A stretch of 64,000 nucleotides of DNA from an uncultured Spirochaetia bacterium (GTDB lineage: Bacteria; Desulfobacterota_D; UBA1144; Nemesobacterales; UBA2774): the NCBI GenBank assembly GCA_964618635.1, contig CAZUDM010000003.1:2673-66672 (forward strand). The letters are read 5' to 3'. The notes beneath the pieces were generated by a model. The model searched no databases. It was not told where the DNA came from and worked only from the letters and a program-made list of their open reading frames with translations. Shown piece by piece: positions 1 through 9,163 of this stretch. Within the stretch, counting starts at the first letter, position 1; each line of letters starts with the position of its first letter. A program made the translations under genes and the position numbers.

Positions 1-197
1 TAACCCGTTACCTCTATACCGTTGGTAAGCCTTATACGAGCGACTTTCCTGAGCGCGGAATTGGGCTTTTTCGGAGTGGTCGTGTAGACCCTTACGCAGA
101 CCCCTCTTCTCTGCGGACAGTTCTGCAGTGCGGGGGCCTTGCTCTTCTTCTTGGCCTTTTTTCTCCCTTCTTTCACAAGCTGACTAATCGTAGGCAC
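1..197 (-). CDS. rpsL: 30S ribosomal protein S12, N-terminal part; the CDS continues beyond the window start
   Basis: The reverse-complement translation from GTG at 197 reads [65 protein letters not shown]. This is the highly conserved S12 signature. There is no stop before position 1. A GGAG lies about 10 nt upstream of the GTG. Confidence 0.85.
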   Translation of the reverse strand, partial: MPTISQLVKEGRKKAKKKSKAPALQNCPQRRGVCVRVYTTTPKKPNSALRKVARIRLTNGIEVTG

Positions 198-275
198 GAA
201 TACTTATCTCCATAAAAAAGGTAATCCAATTAATATATCCAGACTTAGGCTCCGGTGTCAAGACGAAATGACCCG

Positions 276-590
276 TTATTTCGGTTTTTTTCTAACATTT
301 TTTTCGAACCCGACTATCGTAAGCGCCGACCTGTACCACCCCGGCTTCCACCCCTTGTCCTCGTACCCGGAAACGTCGTCTTCGCCCGCCCTGAGCATGA
401 CGTATATGTAGCCGCTTTCGTCTACGAGCGGGTTCCCGGTTTTAAGGCTGGGCACTTCGTCCGGCGCGGATTCCCACTTCTCCGGCGTTACAGCAAGAAG
501 CTCTACACATTCGGCAAAAGAGGCGGTATGTCTGGGCTCGAGTCCTTCCAGCGTTTCAGTCCCGATGCCAAGGTACCATATTTCAGCCAT
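276..590 (-). CDS. hypothetical protein, 104 aa, acidic, no recognisable family
   Basis: An ORF in the track. The sequence AAGGGGGTG sits 6 to 7 nt upstream of the ATG at 590. The composition is protein-like. It lies on the same strand as rpsL and just upstream of it. Confidence 0.5.
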   Translation of the reverse strand: MAEIWYLGIGTETLEGLEPRHTASFAECVELLAVTPEKWESAPDEVPSLKTGNPLVDESGYIYVMLRAGEDDVSGYEDKGWKPGWYRSALTIVGFEKNVRKKPK

Positions 591-645
591 GTTAGCACCC
601 CCTTATTCGAGTATCGCGAAAATTATAGATAAATATAAACAATAT

Positions 646-1920
646 CTATATGTATTGAAGCGCTTTCCGCCCTATGTCGGTCCTGTAGTAAAGCTGCTCG
701 CAGTCCACTTTCCCGACAGCCCTGTACGCATGCCTTATGGCGTCCTGAATGTTGTCCCCGAGGGCGGTAACCCCCAGCACCCTCCCGCCGTCAGTCACCA
801 CCTCCCCCCCGTCGAGTGCAGTGCCCGAATGGAAGGCGACGACGCCGTCCATATCTTCTATTTCATCGAGGCCGCCTATGGGGGCCCCTTTCTTGTAATC
901 CCCCGGATAGCCTTTCGATGCCATGACAACACACACCGCGGCCTCGTCCTTCCATTCGACCGTCTCGCGCGATATGCCCCTTCCCGCGACAGCGCGGAGA
1001 ACCGGAACGATATCCGACTTGAGCCTCATCATCAGGGGCTGCGTCTCAGGGTCCCCGAACCTGCAGTTAAATTCGAGCACTTTAGGATTCCCGTCCTCTA
1101 TCATAAGCCCGGCGTAGAGAACGCCCTTATATTCCCTGCCCTCTTCCCTCATAGCCTTAACCGTCGGCAGCATTATTTTGGACATCACCAGCTCCGCCAT
1201 GCGCGGGGTTACTACCGGTGCGGGGGAATAAGCCCCCATACCGCCGGTATTGGGCCCCTGGTCGCCGTCGAGAAGCGCCTTATGGTCCTGACAGGCTTCT
1301 AACTGTATGACGTTCGTCCCGTCCGTCAGCGCGAAGAACGACGCCTCCTCGCCGTGTAAAAACTCTTCTACAACGACAGTATCGCCCGAGTCGCCGAATA
1401 TCTTCTTCCTCATAACGTCGTCGAGGGCCTGTATCGCCTCCTCTTCGGTCTGGCAGACGAAAACCCCTTTTCCTGCCGCGAGCCCGTCGGCCTTTATGAC
1501 GAGCGGGGGTTTCACTTCCCTCACCCACGCGACCGCCTCTTCGTAATCGCTGAACACAGAGAAAAATGCGGTCGGAATATCGTATTTTTTCATGAGGTAT
1601 TTCGAGAAGGCTTTGCTAGTCTCTATTTCCGCGGCGGCCTTCGTGGGCCCGAAAATATGAAGCCCCTCTTCGTTAAACCTGTCGACGATACCGAGAGACA
1701 GCGGAAACTCGGGGCCGACGACGGTGAGGTCTATTTCGTTAGACCTCGCGAACCGGAGATACCCGTCGATGTCGTGCGTCTTTATATCGACGCACTTCGC
1801 ATTCTTCGCTATACCCGGGTTCCCTGGCGCGCAGTAGAGCGTGCTTACGAGCGGGCTTTGAGCGATTTTCCAGCACAATGCGTGTTCCCTGCCGCCGCTC
1901 CCGACGACGAGTACTTTCAT
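646..1920 (-). CDS. purD: phosphoribosylamine--glycine ligase
   Basis: 424 aa starting MKVLVVGSGGREHAL, with the ATP-grasp motifs of PurD (GPEFPL, KADGLAAGKGV, EFNCRFGDPETQ). Confidence 0.9.
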   Translation of the reverse strand: MKVLVVGSGGREHALCWKIAQSPLVSTLYCAPGNPGIAKNAKCVDIKTHDIDGYLRFARSNEIDLTVVGPEFPLSLGIVDRFNEEGLHIFGPTKAAAEIETSKAFSKYLMKKYDIPTAFFSVFSDYEEAVAWVREVKPPLVIKADGLAAGKGVFVCQTEEEAIQALDDVMRKKIFGDSGDTVVVEEFLHGEEASFFALTDGTNVIQLEACQDHKALLDGDQGPNTGGMGAYSPAPVVTPRMAELVMSKIMLPTVKAMREEGREYKGVLYAGLMIEDGNPKVLEFNCRFGDPETQPLMMRLKSDIVPVLRAVAGRGISRETVEWKDEAAVCVVMASKGYPGDYKKGAPIGGLDEIEDMDGVVAFHSGTALDGGEVVTDGGRVLGVTALGDNIQDAIRHAYRAVGKVDCEQLYYRTDIGRKALQYI

Positions 1921-2071
1921 CGTAATAGGTCCTCTTGGGCTTTGGGTAGTTACTGCAAGAAGCCCAATAATTTACCAGATTATTTTCGGTTTGAAAATGA
2001 TGGACGGAAATATGAAATTCTCACAGAATTTCAGCGGAGAAAACCGGCTTCTCGTAGAGGTCTCCGGAGGG

Positions 2072-3904
2072 TTATTCGACCGTGACGACCTTGGCCAGGT
2101 TCCTCGGCTGGTCGACGTCAGTGCCCTTGAAGTTCGCGATGTGATACGCCAGGAGCTGAAGCGGAATGACGGATATTATAGGGCTCAGAAGATTGCTGCT
2201 CTCGGGGATTACTACCACCCTATCGGCCGCGTCCCCCAGCTCCTCGGCCGCGCTGCTGGAAGTAATGAATATAACCTTCCCGCGGCGCGCCCTTATCTCC
2301 TGGAGGTTCCCGAGTATCTTCTTGAACGTTATACCGTCGTTAGGCGCGATGAGAACTACGGGCATCTCCTCGTCTATGAGCGCTATCGGGCCGTGCTTCA
2401 TCTCGCCCGCGGCGTATCCCTCGGCGTGGATGTAAGACACTTCCTTCAGCTTGAGCGCCCCTTCATATGCGACTGGGTGGCTTATGCCCCTGCCTAAATA
2501 AAGGAAGTTCCTGTAATGGAAAAAGTCCTGCGCAAGCTCTTTTACTGCATCGTCGAGCCCGAGCGTAATCTGTATGAGCTGGGGAATCCTTATCGCGTCC
2601 TTAAGGAGCGCGCGCGACTCCTCTTTCCCTATCGTCTTCTTTATCCGCCCGAGGTAGAGCGCGAGGAAATAGAACACTATGAGCTGCGTCGTAAAGGCCT
2701 TCGTCGAGGCGACCCCTATTTCCGGCCCAGCGTGCGTGTATATCACGCCGTCAGCGTCCCTCGCGATCTTGCTCATGAGAACGTTCGTTATCGCCAGCGT
2801 CTCCGCCCCTTTGGATTTCGCCTCGGTGAGAGCTTCGGACGTATCCGCCGTCTCCCCCGACTGCGACACCGCGATGGCCAGCGTGTCGTTGTCGATTATG
2901 GGATTCCTGTACCTGAATTCCGAAGCTATCTCCACCTGTACCGGAATATGCGCCAGGGTCTCTATCATGTACTTGCCGATGAGCGACGCGTGGAACGACG
3001 TCCCGCAGGCGAGTATGACTATCCTCTCTATGTTCTTGTAATTCGAGCTGTCGAGCCCGTCGAAAAATATCTCGCCGGTCTCCTCCGAAAACCTTCCCCG
3101 CATCGTGTCGAGGACAGCCTGGGGCTGCTCGTGTATCTCTTTCAGCATGTAATGGCGGTAGCCGCATTTCTCGACGGAAACCGGGTCCCAGTTGATCCTG
3201 TCGATCTTCCTGTCGACGGGGCCGCCCTGAAGGTCCGTAACGGCTATCGAATCCTTCCCGAGAATGACAACGTCCCCGTCTTCGAGGAATATCACGTCCT
3301 TACAGAACGGCAGGACAGCAGGGACGTCGGACGCGAGAAAATTCTCGTGCTCCCCGCACGCAACTATGAGCGGGGAAAATTTTCTCGTCGCTATAACCTT
3401 GTCCGGCTCCCTCTCGGAAATGGCGGCGACGGCGTAAGAGCCCTCTATCCTCAAAAACGCCGCCCTGAACGCCTCCTCGAAGGTAAGTCCCTGGTTTGAA
3501 AAATCCTCTATGAGGTGAGCTATGATTTCTGTATCCGTATCGGAAGAGAATTTGTAACCCTTGGCTGAAAGCTCTTCCTTGAGCTCGGAGTAGTTTTCTA
3601 TTATTCCATTGTGAACGACCGACGTGCCGCCGGAGGTGTGGGGGTGTGCGTTATTTTCCGTGGCGCCGCCGTGCGTGGCCCACCTCGTGTGCCCTATGCC
3701 CAGCGTGCCGCAAAGCGCATGGTCCCCGAGCTTCTTTCTCAGGTTCTCGAGTTTCCCCGTGCTCCTGAAAACCCTCGGGTGCCCGTTCTCCATGAGGGCT
3801 ATTCCTGCGGAATCGTAGCCTCTATACTCGAGCCGCGAGAGCCCTTCCATGAGCACGTTGACCGTTTTACTTTCGTCCCCTACGTATCCGACTATTCCGC
3901 ACAT
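2072..3904 (-). CDS. glmS: glutamine--fructose-6-phosphate aminotransferase (isomerising)
   Basis: 610 aa starting MCGIVGY, the class-II amidotransferase N-terminal Cys2. It has two SIS domains and the GlmS C-terminal ending VTVE. Confidence 0.93.
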   Translation of the reverse strand: MCGIVGYVGDESKTVNVLMEGLSRLEYRGYDSAGIALMENGHPRVFRSTGKLENLRKKLGDHALCGTLGIGHTRWATHGGATENNAHPHTSGGTSVVHNGIIENYSELKEELSAKGYKFSSDTDTEIIAHLIEDFSNQGLTFEEAFRAAFLRIEGSYAVAAISEREPDKVIATRKFSPLIVACGEHENFLASDVPAVLPFCKDVIFLEDGDVVILGKDSIAVTDLQGGPVDRKIDRINWDPVSVEKCGYRHYMLKEIHEQPQAVLDTMRGRFSEETGEIFFDGLDSSNYKNIERIVILACGTSFHASLIGKYMIETLAHIPVQVEIASEFRYRNPIIDNDTLAIAVSQSGETADTSEALTEAKSKGAETLAITNVLMSKIARDADGVIYTHAGPEIGVASTKAFTTQLIVFYFLALYLGRIKKTIGKEESRALLKDAIRIPQLIQITLGLDDAVKELAQDFFHYRNFLYLGRGISHPVAYEGALKLKEVSYIHAEGYAAGEMKHGPIALIDEEMPVVLIAPNDGITFKKILGNLQEIRARRGKVIFITSSSAAEELGDAADRVVVIPESSNLLSPIISVIPLQLLAYHIANFKGTDVDQPRNLAKVVTVE

Positions 3905-3905
3905 A

Positions 3906-5291
3906 TTATTTACTCTTCTTTTCCCTGGGCTTTCTGGCCCAGTCGTCTATGTTCGTCTGCCTGGCCCGCCCTATGGCGAGCGCCCCTTCCGGGACGTCCT
4001 TCGTAATCGTCGAGCCCGCGCCTGTCGTCGCCCCCTTCCCTACCCTGACGGGCGCCACCAGCATCGTATCGCTCCCTATGAATACATTATCCCCTATAAT
4101 CGTCTCGTATTTATTAAATCCGTCATAATTGCACGTAATCGTGCCCGCGCCTATATTGACGCCGGTTCCGAGAACGGCGTCGCCGACGTACGAGAGATGC
4201 GGCACTTTCGACCCGCGCCCGACAGTGGATTTCTTTATCTCGACGAAGTTCCCTATCTTCGCCCCGTCCATTATCTTCGCCCCCGGCCGGAGGTGCGCGA
4301 ACGGGCCGACCGATACACCGCTGCCTATATCCGCCCCGGTAATGTAGGACGACATTTTGACCGTGACCCCGTCGCCGATACGCGAGTCTTCTATCCAGAC
4401 GCCCGGCCCCACGAAAGAACCCTCGCCGATCACGGTATCGCCGTAGATATACGTCCCCGGATAAATGATGGTGTCGGGACCTATTTTCACCCCGGGGGAG
4501 ATGTATGTATTCGCCGGGTCGACGAGCGTAACGCCGCCCGCCATGAGCGCCCCGTTTATCCTGTCCCTGAGAAGCCCTTCGGCGTCGGCGAGCTGCGCCC
4601 TATCGTTGACACCGATGACTTCGTTCGGGTCTTTTACAGGCACGCCGGACACTTTAAGCGATTTATCCCTCGCGATGCCGACGATGTCGGTGAGATAGTA
4701 TTCCTTCTGGCTGTTCCCGGGGGTGAGTGCGGAAAGGGCTTTCCATAAGAAAGTCGATCTTACGCAGTAAGTCCCCGAATTTATTTCATTTATCTTTCTT
4801 TCATCGGGAGACGCGTCTTTTTCCTCGACAATCCGGTCCACATTCCCGCGCCCGTCGCGGGCCACCCTTCCGTAGCCGTGCGGGTCGCCTAGGAACGCAG
4901 TCAGGAACGAGACGTCTGCCTCGTCCTTCCGACGTTTTTTTATGAACGATTTCAGCGTCTTGGCTGTAACGAGCGGAAAATCGCCGTTGAGTATGAGCAC
5001 GTCGCCCCTAAAATTCTTGAGGGCATTACGGGCGCAGTTCGCGGCATGCCCGGTGCCGAGCTGCTCTTCCTGCCTCGCGTACGATAACCCGGTCCCCTCG
5101 CCAATCGCTTTCACGACCTCTTCCCCGCCCTTTCCGATAACGACCACCGTCCTCTCCGGCGAAAGCCCGGCGACGGCGTCCAGAACATATGCCAGCATGG
5201 GGCGTCCGAGGACCGGATGAAGCACCTTCGGCAATTTGGACTTCATCCTCTTACCCATACCGGCGGCAAGAACGACAACCGCTAAAGCCAT
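3906..5291 (-). CDS. glmU: bifunctional UDP-N-acetylglucosamine pyrophosphorylase / glucosamine-1-phosphate N-acetyltransferase
   Basis: 461 aa. The N-terminus has LAAGMGKRMKS, the nucleotidyltransferase motif. The C-terminal half is left-handed beta-helix hexapeptide repeats. It is immediately upstream of glmS on the same strand. Confidence 0.9.
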   Translation of the reverse strand: MALAVVVLAAGMGKRMKSKLPKVLHPVLGRPMLAYVLDAVAGLSPERTVVVIGKGGEEVVKAIGEGTGLSYARQEEQLGTGHAANCARNALKNFRGDVLILNGDFPLVTAKTLKSFIKKRRKDEADVSFLTAFLGDPHGYGRVARDGRGNVDRIVEEKDASPDERKINEINSGTYCVRSTFLWKALSALTPGNSQKEYYLTDIVGIARDKSLKVSGVPVKDPNEVIGVNDRAQLADAEGLLRDRINGALMAGGVTLVDPANTYISPGVKIGPDTIIYPGTYIYGDTVIGEGSFVGPGVWIEDSRIGDGVTVKMSSYITGADIGSGVSVGPFAHLRPGAKIMDGAKIGNFVEIKKSTVGRGSKVPHLSYVGDAVLGTGVNIGAGTITCNYDGFNKYETIIGDNVFIGSDTMLVAPVRVGKGATTGAGSTITKDVPEGALAIGRARQTNIDDWARKPREKKSK

Positions 5292-5300
5292 TTCGTTTCC

Positions 5301-5663
5301 TTAAACCCTTCCGTATTTGTCTTCAAGCCTTATAACGTCCTCGACCTCCGGTGTCGAAACCTCTATAACCTCGCATTCCTCTATCGCCGTCATCCTGTGC
5401 TTGGTATAAGGCGTAATCCGGAGCGACTCCCCCGGCGTCAGCGTCAATACTTCCTTCTTCCCGCCGGGCTCCTCTATTTCGAGGGCCATCTTGCCGCTGT
5501 AAAGAAGAAGCGATTCGTCCTTTACCTCGTGGTATTGATAGCTCAGGCTCTGGCCCTTGTTGATATGAAGGATCTTGCCGACGTATCTGTCCGTCCGGGC
5601 CCACCAGAGCTCGTATCCCCACGGTTTTTCAACCCTTTTTATCTCGGTCAGCTTCATGTTCAA
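5301..5663 (-). CDS. cupin-domain protein (small mannose-6-phosphate-isomerase-like cupin, COG0662-type)
   Basis: 120 aa with KPWGYELWW...PGESLRITPYTKHRM, the cupin_2 pattern. It ends 10 nt before the glmU start, so it is probably co-transcribed. Confidence 0.7.
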   Translation of the reverse strand: MNMKLTEIKRVEKPWGYELWWARTDRYVGKILHINKGQSLSYQYHEVKDESLLLYSGKMALEIEEPGGKKEVLTLTPGESLRITPYTKHRMTAIEECEVIEVSTPEVEDVIRLEDKYGRV

Positions 5664-5726
5664 GTAGATGCAGACGCCGTTATTTTAAGGCCCGCAGAAG
5701 CCTGCTTGTTCAGTGTATAACCCGGT

Positions 5727-6158
5727 TCAGAACGGTATGTCGTCGTCGGAGCCGAAGGAGTCTTCGTCGATGTCGAAATCGTCGGACGCGCGGTCGTCTC
5801 GTCCGCCCTCACGCTCCTGCCTTCCGCCGGCGGGGCTCAGCATCTGCATACCCCTCGCTATGATCTCGGTCGTATACCTCGTCTTTCCTTCCTTGTCTTC
5901 CCACGAGCGGGTCCTGATCGACCCCTCTATGTAGACCATCTTCCCCTTCGACAGGTACTCGCCGCATATCTCCGCGAGCCGTCCCCACGCCACCACCCTG
6001 TGCCACTCGGTAACTTCCTGCTTTTCACCGCTCTTGGTCGTATAATTTTCCGTAGTAGCCACCGTAAAATTCGCAACCGCCTGCCCGCCCGTCGTGTATC
6101 TCATCTCCGGGTCGCGGCCGAGATTTCCTATCAAAATTACCTTGTTTACACCCCTCAT
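5727..6158 (-). CDS. ssb: single-stranded DNA-binding protein
   Basis: The OB-fold core reads [23 protein letters not shown] Gly/Asp-rich tail ends DDDIPF. I moved the start to the internal ATG at 6158, which is preceded by GGGAG and fits the family N-terminus. Confidence 0.88.
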   Translation of the reverse strand: MRGVNKVILIGNLGRDPEMRYTTGGQAVANFTVATTENYTTKSGEKQEVTEWHRVVAWGRLAEICGEYLSKGKMVYIEGSIRTRSWEDKEGKTRYTTEIIARGMQMLSPAGGRQEREGGRDDRASDDFDIDEDSFGSDDDIPF

Positions 6159-6226
6159 TTCAGCTCCCTTTAAGTATAATCCTTTTCCCTCAATTCTATC
6201 ACCCGGGGTAGTGAAAATCCAGAAAT

Positions 6227-6832
6227 TTAACAAATCTGGGCAGTTATGGAGAGGAAACTGTGGACTATTCTGCCCGTCATGCCCCATATCAGGTAAGGCC
6301 CGTAATTATAGGTGTAATCCTCGACAAGCCTGCCGTCCCTCTCCCTCATTCTCACTTTAAAATTCCTCACGTCCCGGAGATGCTCCATCGGCACCCAGAC
6401 CGCCTCTTCCACCTCTCGCCTGTCGAGCTCGAGCGGCACTTCCACTGTGAGAAAGGAGAGGTAAGGGGTTACGATATACCCCCTCGCGCGCGGGTTATTG
6501 GGATTAACATCATCGAGCTCGCCGAGGATCCTCCCGTGGGCGCTTAGGTTCACCCCTATTTCCTCCTGCGTCTCCCTGATGGCGGTTTCGAGCTTGCTCG
6601 CGTCCCCCTCCCTCATCCTCCCGCCCGGAAACGCCATGTGGCCTGAAAACGGGTCCCATTCGGCTTCGGGCCGTTTGATGAAGAGCATCGAGAACTCTTC
6701 CTCGGTTTCTTTTAGTATCATCATCACGGCGGCGTGCACGAGGTCCGGCTCGCCCCCGATCTTACTCGGGTTTCTCTCCTTCAAAAGCCGCTCAAGCGCG
6801 GCGATCTTCTCACTCTCGCTCAATATTGCCAT
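6227..6832 (-). CDS. NUDIX hydrolase, CoA-pyrophosphatase (NudL)-like
   Basis: Nudix box [25 protein letters not shown]. The upstream sequence HMAFPGG is typical of CoA-pyrophosphatase-type Nudix enzymes. I set the start at the internal ATG (MAILSESEK), which lies 4 nt after the macro gene stop. Confidence 0.75.
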   Translation of the reverse strand: MAILSESEKIAALERLLKERNPSKIGGEPDLVHAAVMMILKETEEEFSMLFIKRPEAEWDPFSGHMAFPGGRMREGDASKLETAIRETQEEIGVNLSAHGRILGELDDVNPNNPRARGYIVTPYLSFLTVEVPLELDRREVEEAVWVPMEHLRDVRNFKVRMRERDGRLVEDYTYNYGPYLIWGMTGRIVHSFLSITAQIC

Positions 6833-6836
6833 CGAA

Positions 6837-7376
6837 TCAATCTTCTCTTTTCTCTTCACGCACGAGACGTTCTTCGAGGGCCGCCCGAAAAATCCTTTCG
6901 CTTTCCTCGTCGAAGAGAACGAAATAAACCTTTTCGAGGCCGGGAGCGAACTCGGCCGCATGATCGATCACTGCGTCCAGCATGATCTCCGCGCATTCCT
7001 TCACGGGGAATCCTCCCACACCTGTGCCTATCGCGGGGAAGGCCATCGTCGCGACGCCGGCCTCGCCGGCCCTTTTGAGGCTGTTCAAAGTGGCGCTGAG
7101 GAGGGATTCCGCGCTCACGCCGCCGCCGAGATGCATCGCCGCAGCGTGTATCACGTACCGCGCCTTCAGATCACCTCCGCTGGTTATCGCAGCTTCGCCT
7201 AGCGGCACCGGCGACTTTCCGTCGCACTCGGCCTGTATCCCGGGGCCGCCCTTTCTCCTTATCGCCCCCGCGACGCCCGAGCCGAGGATCAGATCCGTGT
7301 TCGCGGCGTTGACTATAGCGTCCGCATCGACGTCAGTTATGTCGCCTCTAAGTATCGCTATTTCCGGGATGCTCAC
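6837..7376 (-). CDS. macro-domain protein (ADP-ribose / O-acetyl-ADP-ribose processing, YmdB-like)
   Basis: 179 aa with the macro-domain motifs DITDVDADAIVNAANTDL...GSGVAGAI and GGVS. Confidence 0.75.
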   Translation of the reverse strand: MSIPEIAILRGDITDVDADAIVNAANTDLILGSGVAGAIRRKGGPGIQAECDGKSPVPLGEAAITSGGDLKARYVIHAAAMHLGGGVSAESLLSATLNSLKRAGEAGVATMAFPAIGTGVGGFPVKECAEIMLDAVIDHAAEFAPGLEKVYFVLFDEESERIFRAALEERLVREEKRED

Positions 7377-7451
7377 AATAAAGCCCTTCCGCTTGACTTT
7401 TCGGGCGCAAAATTACTAATGTAATCTATATCGCCCGAAGTAACAACGCAG

Positions 7452-8357
7452 ATGGACATACGAACCCCGGTACTCAAAGCCGCATACAGCCTCTTCCCTT
7501 TTTCGCTTAAAGGCGACGCCGATGTCGGCGATGCGCGGCCCGGATGCGAAGTCTCCTGCGTCATAAACTTCTACAAGAGAACGGACCTCCTCCGCGTCAT
7601 ACTCGCCTGCCTCTCCGAGCAGGACATGGGCCGCGAGAGATTCGAGGTGGTGCTCGTCGAGGACAGGGGCGGTACGCCGGAAGGAAAAGCGGCTGCGGAC
7701 GAATTCTCCAGCGCTCTCGATATAAAGTACCACACGCTCGAAGAGAACTTCGGCGTGATGGGTTATTCCCGGAACTACGGGCTTTCCAAAACGGGCGGCA
7801 GGTACGTGCTCTTTTTAGACGACGATACCGTCATACTCGACCGCGGGTTTTTATCGGCGCTCGTCCGCGAATTCGAAGAGGCGAAGGCCGACGCCATAAT
7901 GCCGCGCGGAAGCGCCAGCTATTCGATCATAGAAGGAAGGTACAGCTTCCACGACCCCTACTTCCCGACGAACCGCTGCATGGCGTACAGGAGAGAAACC
8001 CTCCGAGACCTCGGAGGCTTCGTCTCCGAGATCGTAGGCCAGGAAGACGTCGAGTTTGCCGTAAGGCTCGCAGCCTCGGGAAAGAACGCCCTAAGGTCGG
8101 AGAGGCTTTCGTACATGCACCCGCCCCTCGTTACGACGGGCACGGGAAAGGCGGCGGCGGTCGGCCTCTCGTTCGCGAAGCTGAGAGGGAGGTACCCCCT
8201 TCCCGTCTGGCTGATGCTCCTCGCGAACGGCTCCCGTTACCTTCCCCTTCTTGCCGTGCCCTTCAACACCAGGTGCAGAATGCAGGGGATGTTCAGCCTC
8301 GGATTTCTGAAAGGCGTCTGGTACTCGTTTACCGGAAGGAAAATAGACTATAATTAG
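7452..8357 (+). CDS. glycosyltransferase family 2
   Basis: 301 aa with the GT-A N-terminal pattern (VSCVINFYKRTDLL ... EVVLVEDRGG ... DDD). Confidence 0.7.
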   Translation: MDIRTPVLKAAYSLFPFSLKGDADVGDARPGCEVSCVINFYKRTDLLRVILACLSEQDMGRERFEVVLVEDRGGTPEGKAAADEFSSALDIKYHTLEENFGVMGYSRNYGLSKTGGRYVLFLDDDTVILDRGFLSALVREFEEAKADAIMPRGSASYSIIEGRYSFHDPYFPTNRCMAYRRETLRDLGGFVSEIVGQEDVEFAVRLAASGKNALRSERLSYMHPPLVTTGTGKAAAVGLSFAKLRGRYPLPVWLMLLANGSRYLPLLAVPFNTRCRMQGMFSLGFLKGVWYSFTGRKIDYN

Positions 8358-8371
8358 TATTCGCCCGGCCA

Positions 8372-9163
8372 GTGAAGGGCACTAATCACATGCTCAAGCG
8401 CATTCTACCCTATAAAGACCTCTTCCTCGTCTACGTCTGGCGCGAATTCAGCATCCGCTACCGCCAGTCGATCATAGGTGTCCTCTGGGCCATTATCCAG
8501 CCCCTCAGCATGATGCTCCTCTTCACCTTCGTTTTTACTTATATAATCAAAGTACAGGTATCGGACTCCCCGAGGGCGGTGTTCTTTTACGCGGGGCTCC
8601 TCCCGTGGACGTTCTTCGCGTCCTCGGCCAACTACTCCCTGACGAGCCTAACAGGGAACTACACGCTCATAACCAAGATATATTTCCCGCGCGAGATTCT
8701 GCCCCTCGCGGGCGTCGTGCTCGCCTTCGCGGACTATCTCATCGCGTCGGTCATATTCTTCATAATGCTCGCGGCCTACGGCATAGGGCTTACCGTTAAC
8801 GCACTCTGGATATTTCCGCTCCTTCTGCTTTTATTCGTTTTCACGGTCTCCGTCTGCCTTATCCTTTCGAGCCTTAACGTCTACTACCGCGACGTAAAGC
8901 TCGCGACGGGATTTTTTATACAGCTCCTCTTCTTCGCTTCACCTGTCATATACTCCATCGACAACCTCTCCCTCAAGCTGAAGCTGATACTGTTCCTCAA
9001 CCCCCTCACCTTCATAATCGAGAATATGAGAAGGTGCCTCGTAGAAGGCCGCGGCGTAGTGCTCTGGCAGTTCGTTCTCGTCGCCGCGATCGTGGCCGCG
9101 TTTTATTATCTTTCCTGCAGATTCTTTGTTAAGACCGAGAGGGATTTTGCCGATGTCATCTGA
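8372..9163 (+). CDS. wzm: ABC-2 type polysaccharide exporter permease (Wzm/KpsM/TagG family)
   Basis: 263 aa with six predicted TM segments. The N-terminal FSIRYRQSIIGVLWAIIQPL motif is characteristic of ABC-2 polysaccharide permeases. The start could be the GTG at 8372 or the ATG at 8390. Confidence 0.8.
   Translation: MKGTNHMLKRILPYKDLFLVYVWREFSIRYRQSIIGVLWAIIQPLSMMLLFTFVFTYIIKVQVSDSPRAVFFYAGLLPWTFFASSANYSLTSLTGNYTLITKIYFPREILPLAGVVLAFADYLIASVIFFIMLAAYGIGLTVNALWIFPLLLLLFVFTVSVCLILSSLNVYYRDVKLATGFFIQLLFFASPVIYSIDNLSLKLKLILFLNPLTFIIENMRRCLVEGRGVVLWQFVLVAAIVAAFYYLSCRFFVKTERDFADVI

Noticed and set aside
255-632. A plus-strand 125-aa ORF overlapping the 276..590 minus-strand gene
   Set aside because: It is Pro/Arg-rich with no SD. 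The opposite-strand ORF has a strong SD and protein-like composition.
7544-8353. A 269-aa Arg-rich ORF in an alternate frame of the GT2 gene
   Set aside because: It lies in the same region as a GT2 CDS with clear GT-A motifs. Extreme Arg/Pro content is the signature of an out-of-frame reading of GC-rich coding sequence.
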